Positions 24,273-46,711 of a stretch of 64,000 bases of DNA are shown here, one piece after another. The position numbers were made by a program, and so were the translations under genes. The first letter of the stretch is position 1; the number at the start of each line of letters is the position of its first letter. The notes below the pieces were generated by a model, which made no database searches, had not been told where the DNA came from, and saw only the letters and a program-made list of their open reading frames with translations. This DNA comes from Blastocystis sp. Blastoise (lineage: Eukaryota; Protista; Bigyra: Opalinata), in NCBI GenBank assembly GCA_039096225.1, contig JBBPEB010000024.1, positions 496,001 through 560,000 on the forward strand. Reading direction: 5' to 3'.

Positions 24273-25435
24273 AATTAATTAATATTTAAGTTGAAAACTA
24301 CTTTTTTATTTAAAATAAAATATATCTTGTTCTTCATTTTTATTTCTGTTTTTTATTCTTTTAAACTGAATTTTTTCGTGTTTTTTTAATTCTTTTTTTG
24401 TTCTTCTACGAATTCGTTTTTCCTTTTGTTTTTTCTTTTCAGTTCTCTTTAAACCTGATACTCATTTTTATATACAGTTTATTTTGATTTTTATCAATTA
24501 TTTTAGACATTATTGAAATCATATTCTTTTATTCTAATGGATAAGTGACAACTATTTAACTTCATAGGAATTAATCTCACTGTTTTTTATATTTTTCATT
24601 GAGGTTTTCTTATAAATTTTTGCTTTTTATCATTCTATCATACTCTCTGGATAGCAATAATACATTTGTATAACAAATACCCACACTGAATACAAACAAC
24701 AAATGATCAAAAACACCATATACTTAGTGTATATTAAGTATTCACATGAATTTATATATGACATTCATATTTCCATAAATAACAGAATTTATAAAAGCAA
24801 TAAAGCAGTTTAAAATGAAAGCAAAATGAAAACAATTGTATTTTCTGATCAAATTTCATTCACTTATCGTTCCTAAATATCTATTGTCATCGCCATGAAT
24901 CAAAACGAAACATAATAGCTCAAAAAACATAATCATGTAATCAAATGATTTCAAATAAAAGCAAAAATATATTAAAATTTTCCTATCAAGTCAGATCTAC
25001 TCAAATAAAAACGCTATACTTCTTCCTAAAGAAAATAAAACAGGATAATTACATGAAAAGATCAACATTCTAGAACAATGATAAAAATTCGTTGTTTTAA
25101 ACGTCTCTTTAAAATCATTCCAATCATCAACAATAGAATGATTTCGTTCAACGAATGAAATAATATTTTGAAAAAATTGAATAAAGTTCCATCCTTTTTT
25201 AATTTATAGCCCCCAATACAATTTTCTATTTATGAAAATTTATTGTTTAATTTAAAGAAAATGGTCTTTCTTATAAAGAATTTCTCTATGATAATCAAAG
25301 AAATCACTGAACATCTGACCAATAGAATGAAGATCAAAGGACAGGTGAGAAGGTGAGAATGTCGCTTTCTCCAGTTTTATTTTATTTCGGTACTTTTGAT
25401 TAATACCTCTTGTCTTCCAATCTTTGCTTGTAAAA

Positions 25436-26536
25436 ATGAATCAAAACATATATGAACTTGCTGCTGAAACCTCTCTTAATACTTACATTCCTTTATGGGT
25501 CATAGGTACCATTTCTGGTGGATTTATAGTTGTTTCTCTTTTTTTTGCGCTTATTGGCTTTAATATCCATGAAAAACCTATATATAGGAAATATATCTTA
25601 GATGTTTTTACTCCTCTTTTGGCTGTTTATATTTTTTCTCTTGGAATTAACACTTGCTATTCTGTTCTAATGATAGATATTGACGACCATAGTCATGCTA
25701 ATAACACTGTAGCTGCACTTTCTCAAGGCGTTGTTCGTCTTCTTGAAGAGAAAGAAGAACATCAACATGGATCATCACGAGCTATTGGTTTAGCAAACTC
25801 GGTTGGCTTCATGGTTGAATTCTGCTTTATTCAACTTGCCTCATTTATTATGGATAAGAAACTTCCTCATATTTTACCTAATAAAGTTCATGATAAACCT
25901 TATTATGATAATCATCAGAAAGAAACGATTTATGTAACGATTTCTCAATTTATATCGATGTGTTTTGTTCTTGGTACTTTTGGTGCTTTAAAAGATATGA
26001 ATGGATTCTTCTATTTATATTTAATTCAAATCACTTTACTTCTTTGTGGAATATCTTATTTCTTTGGAGCAGCCTTAAAAGTATTAGATACAACTCCTAT
26101 TAAATGTATATATATATTATTATATATTTATTATTATATTTATTATTATATTTATTATTATATTTATTATTATATTTATTATTATATTTATTATTATGTT
26201 TATTATTATATTTATTATCATATAATTATTAATATACTTCTAACATACCTATTCATTGAATAAATAATTATTTCTATAGTTTACATCTTCTATGCTTGTT
26301 TTATTCTTTCTGGAATTCTTTGTTTATTTATTGGTTATTATGGAATTGCGGCTTTATTAACAGTAATGGAACAATATTCTATTTCCTATTTTATTGCTTT
26401 CTTTATCGGTTGGCAATTTCATCTTCTTTTTAAATGTGTTAGTGATTATAATATGAACGAATCATCTATTATTGCTGGTATTCTTTGTGCTATTTTTATT
26501 GTTGGATATTATTATTTATCCATTCTCTTCGTTTAA
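25436..26536 (+). CDS. Multi-pass membrane protein, possibly a divergent ZIP-fold metal transporter
   Basis: About 8 hydrophobic segments and a His-containing loop (DDHSHA, EEHQHG). One intron ~26106-26279. Stop TAA at 26534-26536. Confidence 0.55.
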
Positions 26537-27824
26537 ATGTATTCTTTCTTTTTATTTCTATTCTTGTATGAACTTTATAGATTCAATTTCTATAAGCTTC
26601 ATAGTATACACTTATATTTTGCTTCTTTTTTATTCACTGTTGCTTCTATTTGTTGAAATGATCTGTTTTAATTCGTTTGACTTGAATTCGAGTTTTGTTT
26701 TTTTTTCTTTTCTCCCATCATAATTCATTTGAAACCATATGGTGAAGACTTATTCAAAGATCAACAACATTATGTAGCAAAACTCATTCATTTTTTAGAA
26801 CTTGAAGAAATAACTTTCATATAGAAATTTCATTCTTAATAACATAAGCATTCACTGGGTTCTAAACATAATTTAATGAGTAAGAAAGAATAATGAAAAA
26901 TAAAATAGCCAGTAATGAATTATATTCAATTTTATTTTTTATACACTAACCTACAAGGACCTAGAGCATAGATCATTTAAATTATAAACTGATTTTATGA
27001 AGATTTATTTGAAATGACTGCAAAAAGTATACAGAACAAAACTCAAAGCATAATATTTATTAACAACAGATTGAGGATATCAAAGTGTAATAAAAATCAT
27101 TATGATTTCTTCTATAAAAACTTGATAGAAACCAAAAAGAAAAAATGTCGTTTCACTTTTTTTTAAATATCATTTATTCGTTGCTAATAATCTTTTTAAA
27201 CTATCTAGATGATTCTTCTTTATCCACTATAGTTATTATGTATGATTTATTATTTATTATTTTTATTTATATGATTTATTCATTCTGTTGAAAGCAGGAT
27301 CAATAGTAAGTTATATATTGAATCCTTAGTTGAAGCAGACACATGAAAATGAGCAATGCCACATATGAATAAACTATGTATACACACATTTTCTGTGTTT
27401 TAATTAGTTTGTCTGATGCATTTATGCAAATGATATATATGCTCGCTTCTATTATATGTTGAATTCTATTCTTATAAAGTTCTTATATTAATAAATTCGT
27501 TAATAGAGTACATTTCATTTAGTTCTCTTTTAAAGATTGTTCTACTTTCCTACTTCTTTTTAAAATGTATTTTCGCTTCTTTCAAGAATCTATCCATACA
27601 AATAAATATAAATTGAATTATATATATTCTGAAAAATAAGATAAAAAATCTTATTGGATAAATTGTTGTTTTTAAAAGGAGGTATTTTTTATTTATTATT
27701 ATAATTCTATTCATTTAAATAAACCTCATTTGTTTTTATACAAGATTCATATTATATAGTTGTATAGAGTGTCAAATTATATATTGTCCTATTCATATTC
27801 ATTTTTCTTATAATTTACATTTCC

Positions 27825-30708
<2,884 letters not shown>

Positions 30709-31051
30709 ATCATGTCTCTTTTTTATTATTATTTTTCATATATTTTTTTAATTTTTACTTGTTATTACTATCTTGTCATTTCTATATGTTGACACAATTG
30801 AAATTAGTAACAAAAACTCATTTCATTTTTTTAATTTTTCTCTTTTACTTTTTTATAATCTTTAATATTCTCATTGATGCTTCCTTCTTCATTTTATTTT
30901 GTTTTTTCTTTTCTTTTTAAACAAAACACTAACAACTCCAACAATTTGTATAAAAACAATATTTTCATCAATCTAAAGCTTTTTGAACGCAGATTAATAG
31001 AAAAAAACGTGAAAATAATAATATTATATATTTTTTAATTATTGATTCACG

Positions 31052-31478
31052 ATGAATGAAAGTTTACCTGCAGCAAGCGTTTTGAAATTTATTAAAGAAG
31101 CTCTTCCTGATAATACACTTATCAGTCACGATGCAAAAGAAGCTTGTGTTCTCGCTGCTGATGTCTTTCTACACTATCTCACCACATGTGCAATTGATAT
31201 TGCTAAGGCACAAGGAAGATCAACAATTACATCAGATAACGTCATTGCCGCTCTTTATGAACTTGGATTTGATGATTATGTTGAACCTACAAAAACATAT
31301 CTAGACGGTATTTTTTATAAATTATTAATTTCTTATAATTTTTTATATAGACATCAAATCAAGAAGAAGTCAGACTCAAGTATGCTATTGATTACATTAT
31401 ATCAATATTTTTATAATGATCGCCAACTTTATTTCTAATCAATTTTTTACTTTATAGACTGCTGCCTCAAAGCAATAG
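31052..31478 (+). CDS. POLE3: Histone-fold protein, DNA polymerase epsilon subunit 3 / CHRAC17 (DPB4)-like
   Basis: LPAASVLKFIKEALPDNTLISHDAK...AADVFLHYLT...RSTITSDNVIAALYELGF is an H2B-like CBFD/NF-YB fold. Two introns, stop TAG at 31476-31478. Confidence 0.8.
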
Positions 31479-31898
31479 ATTGTGTGTATCTTTTTATACT
31501 AAGTTTCATGTGTAACAAAGAAGTTTCTCTAGTTTATTATAACCTTTTTCTGTATATGTTTTTATTTTTCCAGAATGTATAGTATTTATTGTGTATGTTG
31601 TCTTGTGTTGATTTCATTAAGCATTAAATTCATTTTTTTTAAAGAATTCTGATCATCAACCTCCAAATAGATATTGTAAATTGTTATAAAAATATAATGT
31701 ATGTGTAAATAATAATGTGTGTGTTGTGATTTATGTATAACATGTGACAAACCAAATAAAATTTAAAGAAAAATAATAAAATAGATTCTTAGGATAATTT
31801 TTTACATAAAATCAATAAGGAGGGAATTTCAAAAATTTATATTTTTCATTTAATTTACAAAATGATAGATATATTGATTTTAAAATAACGATTGTATA

Positions 31899-32567
31899 AT
31901 GGATCTATATGTTGATAAGGAGGATAAAGAACTTTTTGAATATATTGAGGATTCCGAACACATTTATAATTTAGTTACAGAAAATACAGATCTATCAACC
32001 AAGATTGAATATGAGAGTTCAGAAGATGTAAAGAGAAAGATTGAAAAGGAAGTTCTTCTTTTCTTAGAGTCCATTTTTCAGAATAACGATCCTATTTTCG
32101 AGATGGTTTCAAGACAAAATCGAAATACATATTATGATGCGAAAGAGCAGTTGATGAGATTAGGAACATTGAAATCGAAACGGAATTTGTATGATGGATT
32201 GACTTATGTTCGAACTTGGTATGTAAAATTTATTTGAAATGCTGCTATTTTATATAGGAAATTACTAGAATCGAGTTATTTACTTGTTTCAAGTCACAAA
32301 ACTGTCAATCAACGTGAAGTATTTTATATATATTTATATAACGTTTAATTATTTATATATAGATTTATTATATGAATAAAGATGTAAGTATATATATAGT
32401 TATTTGTGTATATATAGTATAGATATTTAATAATCAACAAGAATGTGATGATATTATTCAAGGTATATATATATGTTCATATATATATATATATATAGAT
32501 GTTGTATCCATGCTTTTAGTCCCGCGGTTATCTCTCGGTATCACAAGGTGTGATTTTATTAATATAC

Positions 32568-32613
<46 letters not shown>

Positions 32614-33021
32614 GTTCTTCAAAGGGTAGTGTAGCTGGTTTGTATATATATATATATATATATAATTATATATGTTTATAATTTTTTAGACTTGAAATTT
32701 ACCGCGGGGATCATTGGGAAGATATTTCAATAGGAGAAGGTATTTCAATAACTCCGGAGTTATTATTATGTTCCAGGATTCGATCACGTGCGAAAGTTAT
32801 TCTTGTTATTGAAAAGGTATATATATACGTATATATATATATATATATTTATAGGATGGTATTTTTAGACGATTAGTTGAAGATAAAGTATATTATTATT
32901 ATTATTATTATTATGATGATATATATATATAGGTCTATCAATCATTCCCGCTCATTTTGGTTACCGGCAGAGGATTCCCGGATCTGTTAACAAAGGCATT
33001 CGTGAGACATATATATGTATA

Positions 33022-33111
<90 letters not shown>

Positions 33112-34194
33112 GATGTAATAATAAGAAATAGATATCTAATAATACACATATAATAATAAATATAATAATATATATATAATAATAAATATAATAATATATA
33201 TATAATAATAAATATAATAATATACATATAATATTAAATTTAATTCTTATATATAATATTAAATATAATATATATATATAGACTTTATTACACATTCCAA
33301 TATTAGGATTATGTGATTATAATCCGTTTGGAATATCCCTCTTATTAACGTATATGATTGGTGCACAACGGAGCGGACTGGAGGTACGAGATACTATTTG
33401 TGTTCTTATTATTATCCTTTTTCTTCTTCTTCTTCTTCTTTTTTTTCTTTTTCTTTTTCTTTTTCTTTTTCTTTTTCTTTTTCTTTTTCTTTTTCTTTTT
33501 TTTTTTTTTTTTTTCTTCTTCTTCTTTTTTTTTCATCTTCTTTTTTTTCTTTTTCTTCTTCTTCTTCTTATCATTATTATTATATATTAAAAATATTATT
33601 ACTATTATATATTATTAATATATATTGATTTTATTCATACACATATTATATATAATATATACATTATATATATATATATAATATAGTCATATAGATATTG
33701 TGTACCTATTGAATGGATAGGATTAACAAGTGAAGATATATATATACTTCAACCTACTAAAGAAATACAACAAGTATATATATATAATTGCTAATATTCA
33801 ATATACCATATATATATAATTATTTTTCTTTTTTTCTACTCATATTACTTGCTATATATCTTAAAATAAAATACATAAATAATAATAATAATATTAGATA
33901 TTAACAAAACGTGATCTTCGGAAAATTGATCTTTTATTATTGTATATTTATAAATATGTATATGTATATAATATATATAGACATCCTTATATTCAACAGC
34001 ATTCTTTATTTCAAAAGGAATTAATATATATGAAAAATAATGGATATAAAGTATTTTATTTTTTAAAAATAATTTCTTAATCATTTATAAATTATTCTTT
34101 ATATTTTTAGATGGAATTAGAATCCTTATATATGTACGGTCTCCAATACATCAGTGAAATCTATATTCCAAAGAAAATCAAACCTTATCTTTAA
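31899..34194 (+). CDS. SPO11: Meiotic topoisomerase VI-A homologue SPO11 (SPO11-2-like)
   Basis: Spliced motifs NQREIYY (catalytic Tyr), PRLSLGI.SSSKG, VIEKDGIF, TGRGFPD, LCDYNPFG (TOPRIM), WIGL and KMELESL. About 14 exons, stop TAA at 34192-34194. Confidence 0.93.
33416..33570 (+). repeat. Polypyrimidine (TTC)n/(TTTTTC)n tract in a SPO11 intron
   Basis: Directly visible; it produces the poly-K/poly-F pseudo-ORFs. Confidence 0.85.
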
Positions 34195-34955
34195 TATCTA
34201 TATTTCTCTCCATAGTATAACATAAAACAATTCACATTTTAACTATTAAAAAATAATGATGTATTTGATAATTTTTGTAAAATTTTGTTTATTTTTTAAT
34301 TTTTCATTCAAAAGTCTATAACTCACATATTCACTACAACGACACAATACTATAATGAGCATAATAACGAGAAACACTTTGTATATTTACACAAAATGGT
34401 TGCCATTTTCATTCAAATTATATTTATCATGATATATCTATAATAAATCCGATGAACAACGTTCTTAATACAACAATATACTTATATAAGAAGAATATAT
34501 AGTTTTTTAAACACTTTTTTTAAATAGAGAAATGAACAGGGTTTATCCTAAACTAGCCATGGCAAGTAACCTACCCGAGAAGAACTTAGTTGGACCAACT
34601 GAACCCCCTCAAAGTACTTATGAACAAGGCTCAAAACGAAGATTCTCCTACAGTATAAGAATCCTTACAGAGTCAGTATGATGGATTTTCTTAGGCGTAA
34701 AAAGGCGTAAATAAAAACTCTCTTAGTATACTGACCTTACTCAGAATGTAATTTAACGAACCCTATTTATGAAACTGGTTCTTTTCAAAGAATTTCTAAA
34801 CGAATATTTTTTTATGGTGAAAACTAGAAAAAAATGCATATATAACTATTCGTTTATGGATTTTCCACAAAAAATATAATTCTTCAGAAAAATCCTTCAA
34901 AATCTCCGTGGGAAGAAAACTTGAAGAATTTATATTTATATATAGATAATAGACG

Positions 34956-37900
34956 ATGAAATCATTTATTGTTTACTTATTTATTGCTTTGGGTATTTAA
35001 TTATAGTTATGAATTATATATGCTAATTTTTTTTTATATAGCTGTTGCACAAACATGTACATCTCCCAAGATGATTGTCAACATTAAAAGAACTTACAAA
35101 AGTTCTGCTACTCAAGAAGGTATTCAAATTTGGCAAGGTAATTACCAAACTGGTACTTTAATTGGTGAATGGAATGGTAATGGACATGATAATACTATTC
35201 AAACTTATTCTCTCTGTTTATCTTCTACTTTACATACCCTTGTTGCTACTGATGGGTATATTTTTTTTTATACATAAGAATTAATAACGTTTTTCATAGT
35301 GCTAAGGATGGATGGTATGATGGTTCTATTTTTGAACTTGTTACAAGTTCTGGTATTGTTATTCTTAAGGGAAATCTTGAAAGTGATCACCGAAAATTAT
35401 TCACTTTCTATCGTATGTTTTTTTTAAAAACAAATTTTATTTTTAATTCACCAAATAATCTTCTCTTTCTTTAGCTGCTTTTTCTATAAAATCTACTGAT
35501 TCTTGGAAATATTCTGCTGTTGCTCAAAGTAATACTGAATGGACTGCTTCTGATTATTCTGATTCTACTTGGACTTCTTACGCTCCTGGTTCTTTCCCTG
35601 AAGTTTCTTCTATTACTAGATATTTCCGTGCTACTGCTAGTGTTCCTTCAAATAAGAATAGTTTTGCTATTGTAGATTGTGGTGCTTTTACTAAAGATGG
35701 TGTTGCTATTTATATTAATGGCCAAGAAGTATATCGTCGTAATCTTGCTACTGGTGCTTCTGGTACTACTCCTGCTACTTCAATTGATACTGAATCTGCT
35801 TATAGACGTATAACCATTCCTGTTTCTTCTTCTTTTATAACTGATTCTACTATTACTATGGCTGTTGAATTACATGCTCAATCTACTGCTGCTACTACTG
35901 AAGATTTTAAGGGCATTTTAATTTTTGTTTATGGTCCTTCTGTTTCTCGTAATATTGATTTTACTACTAATGCTGAAAGACCTGCTGATTATGCTCCAGA
36001 ACCTGTTGCTAATGCTTTTGATGGTGATATTCAAACTCAATGGTATATTAGTCAACTTCCTATTTGGGGTGAACTACAATTCAATAATGGTAGAAGAGAA
36101 TGGATTAATAGATATGTTTTATCTGTTAGTAGTTATGATGTTAATCGTAGACCTACTTCCTGGAAAATCTTTGGTTCTAATGATGGTACTAATTATGATC
36201 TTCTTGATTCTAGATCTTATCCTGTTTGGGAAAATTGGAAATTTGTTACTTTTGAAATGAATACTAATCAAAAATCTTATAATATTTATAGAATTCAGTT
36301 TTTAACTTCTGGTGGTTCTGATTGTGAAGTTTCTGATATTGAATTCTTTGCTACTGCTAATACTGTTGAAACTCCTTCTCTCTCTTATGGTACTACTACT
36401 GTTAAGCTTATTGCTAATATGGATGAAAAAATATTACAACCTACTCAAAATGGTTTCCAAAATTTTATTATTACTCCTTCTCTTCCTACTGATGTAGGTA
36501 CTACTTTTGATCCTGTTACTGGTGTTATTACTCTTATTCCTACTGCTGTTATTCCTGCTACTCAATATTCAATTACTGCTTCTCATGCTGTTACTGGACA
36601 AAACTATACTACTACTATTATGATTAGTGCTACTCTTTGTTCTATTCCTAATATTCGTTTCAATATCTATCAACGTGTTGGTACAAGTAGTATTACTTCT
36701 TCTGATCCAGAAACAGTTTCTATTTTCAATTCTGCTGGTACTCAACTTTTGTCTTCGTCACTTAAACCTAGTGATTCTAGTAGTTATAACGATAAAACTT
36801 ATAAATTCTGTGAAGCACCTGATATCTATACTTTTAAATTAACTGCTGTTTCTTCTGCTGGATTCTCTACTATTTCTTATGTTTCTGTTAATCTATATAG
36901 AGCTGATGGTTCTAAATTAGTTGCTTCTAGAAGAAATCTTCTTAATAAGAGTACTGATTCTTTCAAGATGGATATTTCTTTCAATTTACCTACATCTACT
37001 AAGATTTTAACTGGTGTTACTTCCATTCCTGCTGGTTGGAATACTCTTTCTTTTGCTGATTCTACTTGGGCTACTTATGTTAGTGAACCTGCTATGACTT
37101 CTACTAGTAGAATTGTTCTTGTTAGAAGTACTTTTACTGTTACTCCTGCTGCTGATACTCAAGGTTGGGAACTTAATTATAGAACGAATGCTGGTACTAT
37201 TGTTTATTTAGATGGTACAGAACTTCTTCGTTTCCAAACTACTGAACCTGCTGGTACTGCTCTTACTACTACTTCTACTGCTAGTGCTGGTGATGCTACT
37301 TATTCTTGGAGAACTTTAACTGGTGTTATGTCTCAATTAACTTCTGGTTCTCATGCTTTTAGTATTGCTATGATTGCTAAATCTGATTCTTTTGCTACTG
37401 ATCCTATTAGTTATGATTGTTTCCTTCGTTTCTTAGCTGATTCTAATACTAATTCCAGAACTTGGAGTATGGATAGCAAGCAATCTTCTTATGTTTGGAA
37501 TGATTCTAAAGCTGATAAATTATTTGATTCTAATTATAATACTGATTTTGCTACTTATTTTAGAGAAGCTAATCCTGCTCCTCAATGGGGTGCTGGTAAT
37601 TTAGAAGCATTATCTTTTGAAGTATTTAATAAATATTGTATTGTAAGTAGTTCCGATTCTTCTAAAAGTGATCCTAAGAAAATTACTCTTTCTGCTTCTT
37701 CTGTTGGTTGGGATGAAGATACTTTTGAAATTATTAATACTCAAGATAATATTGTTTTCGATGGAAGATCTCAACGTATTTGTTTCTATATGCCTACTGT
37801 TACTAAAGCTTATAATGTATTTAAGATTTCTACTCTTGAAACTAATGTTGCTCCTCCTGATAATGATAAATTTATTCTTGCTGAATTAGAATTCTTCTTA

Positions 37901-39946
37901 ATTGATTTCAATAAACTTACTATTCCTCCTCTTGCTTATTCTGCTTCTTCTATTACTGGTTATACTAATTCTCAAATTACTTCTTTATATCCTACTTCTG
38001 AATATTATAGACAATTTACTGTATCTCCTGCTCTTCCTGCTGGTATAACTCTTTCTTCTTCTACTGGTATTATCTATGGTACTCCTACTGCTCCTTCTTC
38101 TGGTACTTATACTATTTCTGCTACTGGTATTACTGGTACTGCTACTACTGTTAGTGTTACTATAACTATTCAAGCTTGTACTTTACCTAATGTTTTCTTC
38201 AAATTATATTTCACTGGTATGGATGATGCTAATGCTTATCAACATGGTTTCTCTCTTAATAATATAGATGGAAAAGTTATTGATAAATTAGATACTTTCC
38301 CTAATTATTTATTTAATGGTTTAACTCATAGTTATTGTCAACCTTCTGGTACTTATTCTCTTATTTTAAAGGATACTCATAAAGAGGGTTGGGATAATAC
38401 TATAGTTACTGTATATAATGATGATAATACTATTATTCTTCAAGATACACTTCTTTCTGGTGAATCTTCTAAGACTTTATATATTAATATTGGTTATATA
38501 GTTGCTTTTGGTCAAACTACTTGGAAATATACTAACGTTGCTCAAACTTCTTCTTCTTGGACTACTGCTACTTTTAGTGATGATACTTGGTCTAATGGTC
38601 AATCTGGTTCTTTTACTAATTTAACTGCTACTACTGTTTATTATAGAACTACTTTTACTGCTAATAATCTTAAACAATTCTCTCTTTATGAATTATCTCT
38701 TAAGATTAAGTCTGGTGTTATTGCTTATATTAATGGTAAAGAAGTTTATAGATATGCTGTTCCTACTACTGGTGTTACTTCTTCTACTTTAGCTACTAGT
38801 GAATTTGCTAATGTTACTGTTGTTACTTCTTCTGAATCTACTCAATTTGGTTGGTTAGTTGCTGGTCAAAATGTTTTAGCTGTTGAAATTCATCGATATA
38901 GTGATGTTCAAGAACCTACTTTTGATGCTCAAGTTAGTCTTCAATTATCAGGTGCTAACAGAGTTTCTGGTGGTACTGTGAAGACTAATGTTCCTGGTTT
39001 AAATATTTCGCAATCTCATGAAACTGAAGAAATGGCTTTTGATCGTAATATGAATACTAAGTATTATGGTAAAGGTTGTGGTCAATCTATTTGGTTAGAA
39101 TATATTTATAATTATAATCGTAAAGAATTTATTTCTTCTGTATCTGTTTCTCGTGCTAATACTGATGATCGTCAACCTTCTTCTTTTACTTTATCTGCTT
39201 CTAATGATGGTATTACTTATAAACAATTAGTAGCTGATTATAATATGAATTTTGGTGATTATAAATCTGTTGCTGGTACTAGAAATTATGATTTCTTGAA
39301 TGATGTTGCTTATAATAGATATAGATTTACTTTTAATATTAGTACTTGTTCTGATGGTTTAGAAATTGCTGAATTATCTCTTATTTCGAAAAGGATTAAT
39401 CATACTTGTCCTGCTGAAGATGATTATAAAGAAACTCTTTTTGGTAGTTATGCTTTGAAAGAATGTGATTTATATTATGATGGTTCTATGACTCGTCTTT
39501 GTATTAATGGTACTTGGGGTACTGAACAAAAACAATGTGAACTTATTGCTCCTCGTAATTTTTGGTATACTAAGAAATCTTATGTTTTTATAACAAAGAG
39601 AAATAATATTATTCCTGAACCTTATTATGAAGCTGCTCAAGTTAATTTCACTATTTCTCCTTCTCTTCCTTCTGATTTATCTATTAATGTAAATAATGGT
39701 ATTATTAGTGGTTCTCCTGAAGATGATTTTGATGAAATGGATTTCGTTGTTACTCTTGCTAATATTAAGGGTATTGCTAATTATACTATTACTCTCAGTT
39801 CTATTCATACTGGTGGTATTGCAGGATGGGGTATTGCTCTTATTGTTATCGCTTGTATTGTTATTGTTTGTATTGTTATTGTTTTTTATAGACATAAGAA
39901 ATCTAAAAAGCTTAATGTGAAAAATTCACTCTTACGTCGATATTAA
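34956..39946 (+). CDS. Large type-I membrane surface protein with repeated galactose-binding/discoidin (F5/8C)-like and putative Ig (He_PIG) domains
   Basis: Signal peptide MKSFIVYLFIALAVA, three short 5' introns, then a ~4.5-kb exon. AFDGD..T.W / P.SWKIFGSNDG discoidin motifs occur three times, as do F.(I/V).P.LP..G.I(.G.P) Ig motifs. Cys-rich R.C..G.W segment, TM GWGIALIVIACIVIVCIVIVFY and basic tail. Strong T-ending codon bias. Confidence 0.88.
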
Positions 39947-40150
39947 GTTGAATGTGTTTTCATTGACTGATCTTCGTTCAAAACCTATTTCACTAATAGA
40001 GAAAAAAAACTGATTTCAGTGAGTTTTATAAAAATGATGAGTCTTCACTATATTTTATTTCTATTCTTTTTTGTTGAGTTTCTATTATCTTGTTAAAATC
40101 ATAATAAATTATATTCTATAATAAAATTAGTATTATTTTCTTTTTTTCGT

Positions 40151-40215
40151 GGCTTGTATATTATTATATAGGCTTGTATATTATTATATAGGCTTGTATA
40201 TTATTATATAGGCTT
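40151..40215 (+). repeat. 20-bp tandem repeat GGCTTGTATATTATTATATA x3 plus a partial copy
   Basis: Directly visible. Confidence 0.9.
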
Positions 40216-40852
40216 TTCTATACTTAAAAAATATAGTTATTTTAATTAAAGGAGTCATTTTTAAATAATTTTTCATTGTTTTGTTTAAAAATAGTGCTTT
40301 CTAAGAGTTGTGATGATCAATAGAAAGTAAGAAGCGTCTATGGTCAATACACGAAGCCAAATTGTGTTTTTTTACACTGGAAAAAAGACAAGTCTATTTT
40401 ATTGGGTCGAGGATCAAACAAGATTCATAGAATATGTCTTATTTATGGAATATACATATATATTTTAAATCAAAAAATTTGTTGTATGAAATATTCTTTG
40501 GGGTGTTAAAAAAACTCTCTTGGAGTCCAGACCGTAGTCAAAGGAAAAAGAAGGCGAACCCTGATCCGTTACAGAATTTCTTTGTGTGTCAAAAACCATA
40601 TTCTTTTTTATTTCGAATTAAAATCACGGGTTTCGTAAATCTATTAACGAATAATTCAATATTTCCTTGAAAACATATTTTGCTGAAAATGAAGCTATTC
40701 TTTCCCAGGAGGAGACCAAGAACCGTGGGAAAGCAAGATTAATATGGAAGAAGACACAATTAATCATGAAAAAGTAAAAAAAATAATTATATAAAAAGAA
40801 GACTTGATTCATTATTTTATTATTTTTTTTGAAGTATTTATTCAGTTTAAAA

Positions 40853-46711
<5,859 letters not shown>

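Noticed and set aside
34690-34715. U5 snRNA loop-like GCCTTTTTAC on the minus strand
   Set aside because: It has five T rather than four and no convincing closing stem or Sm site.
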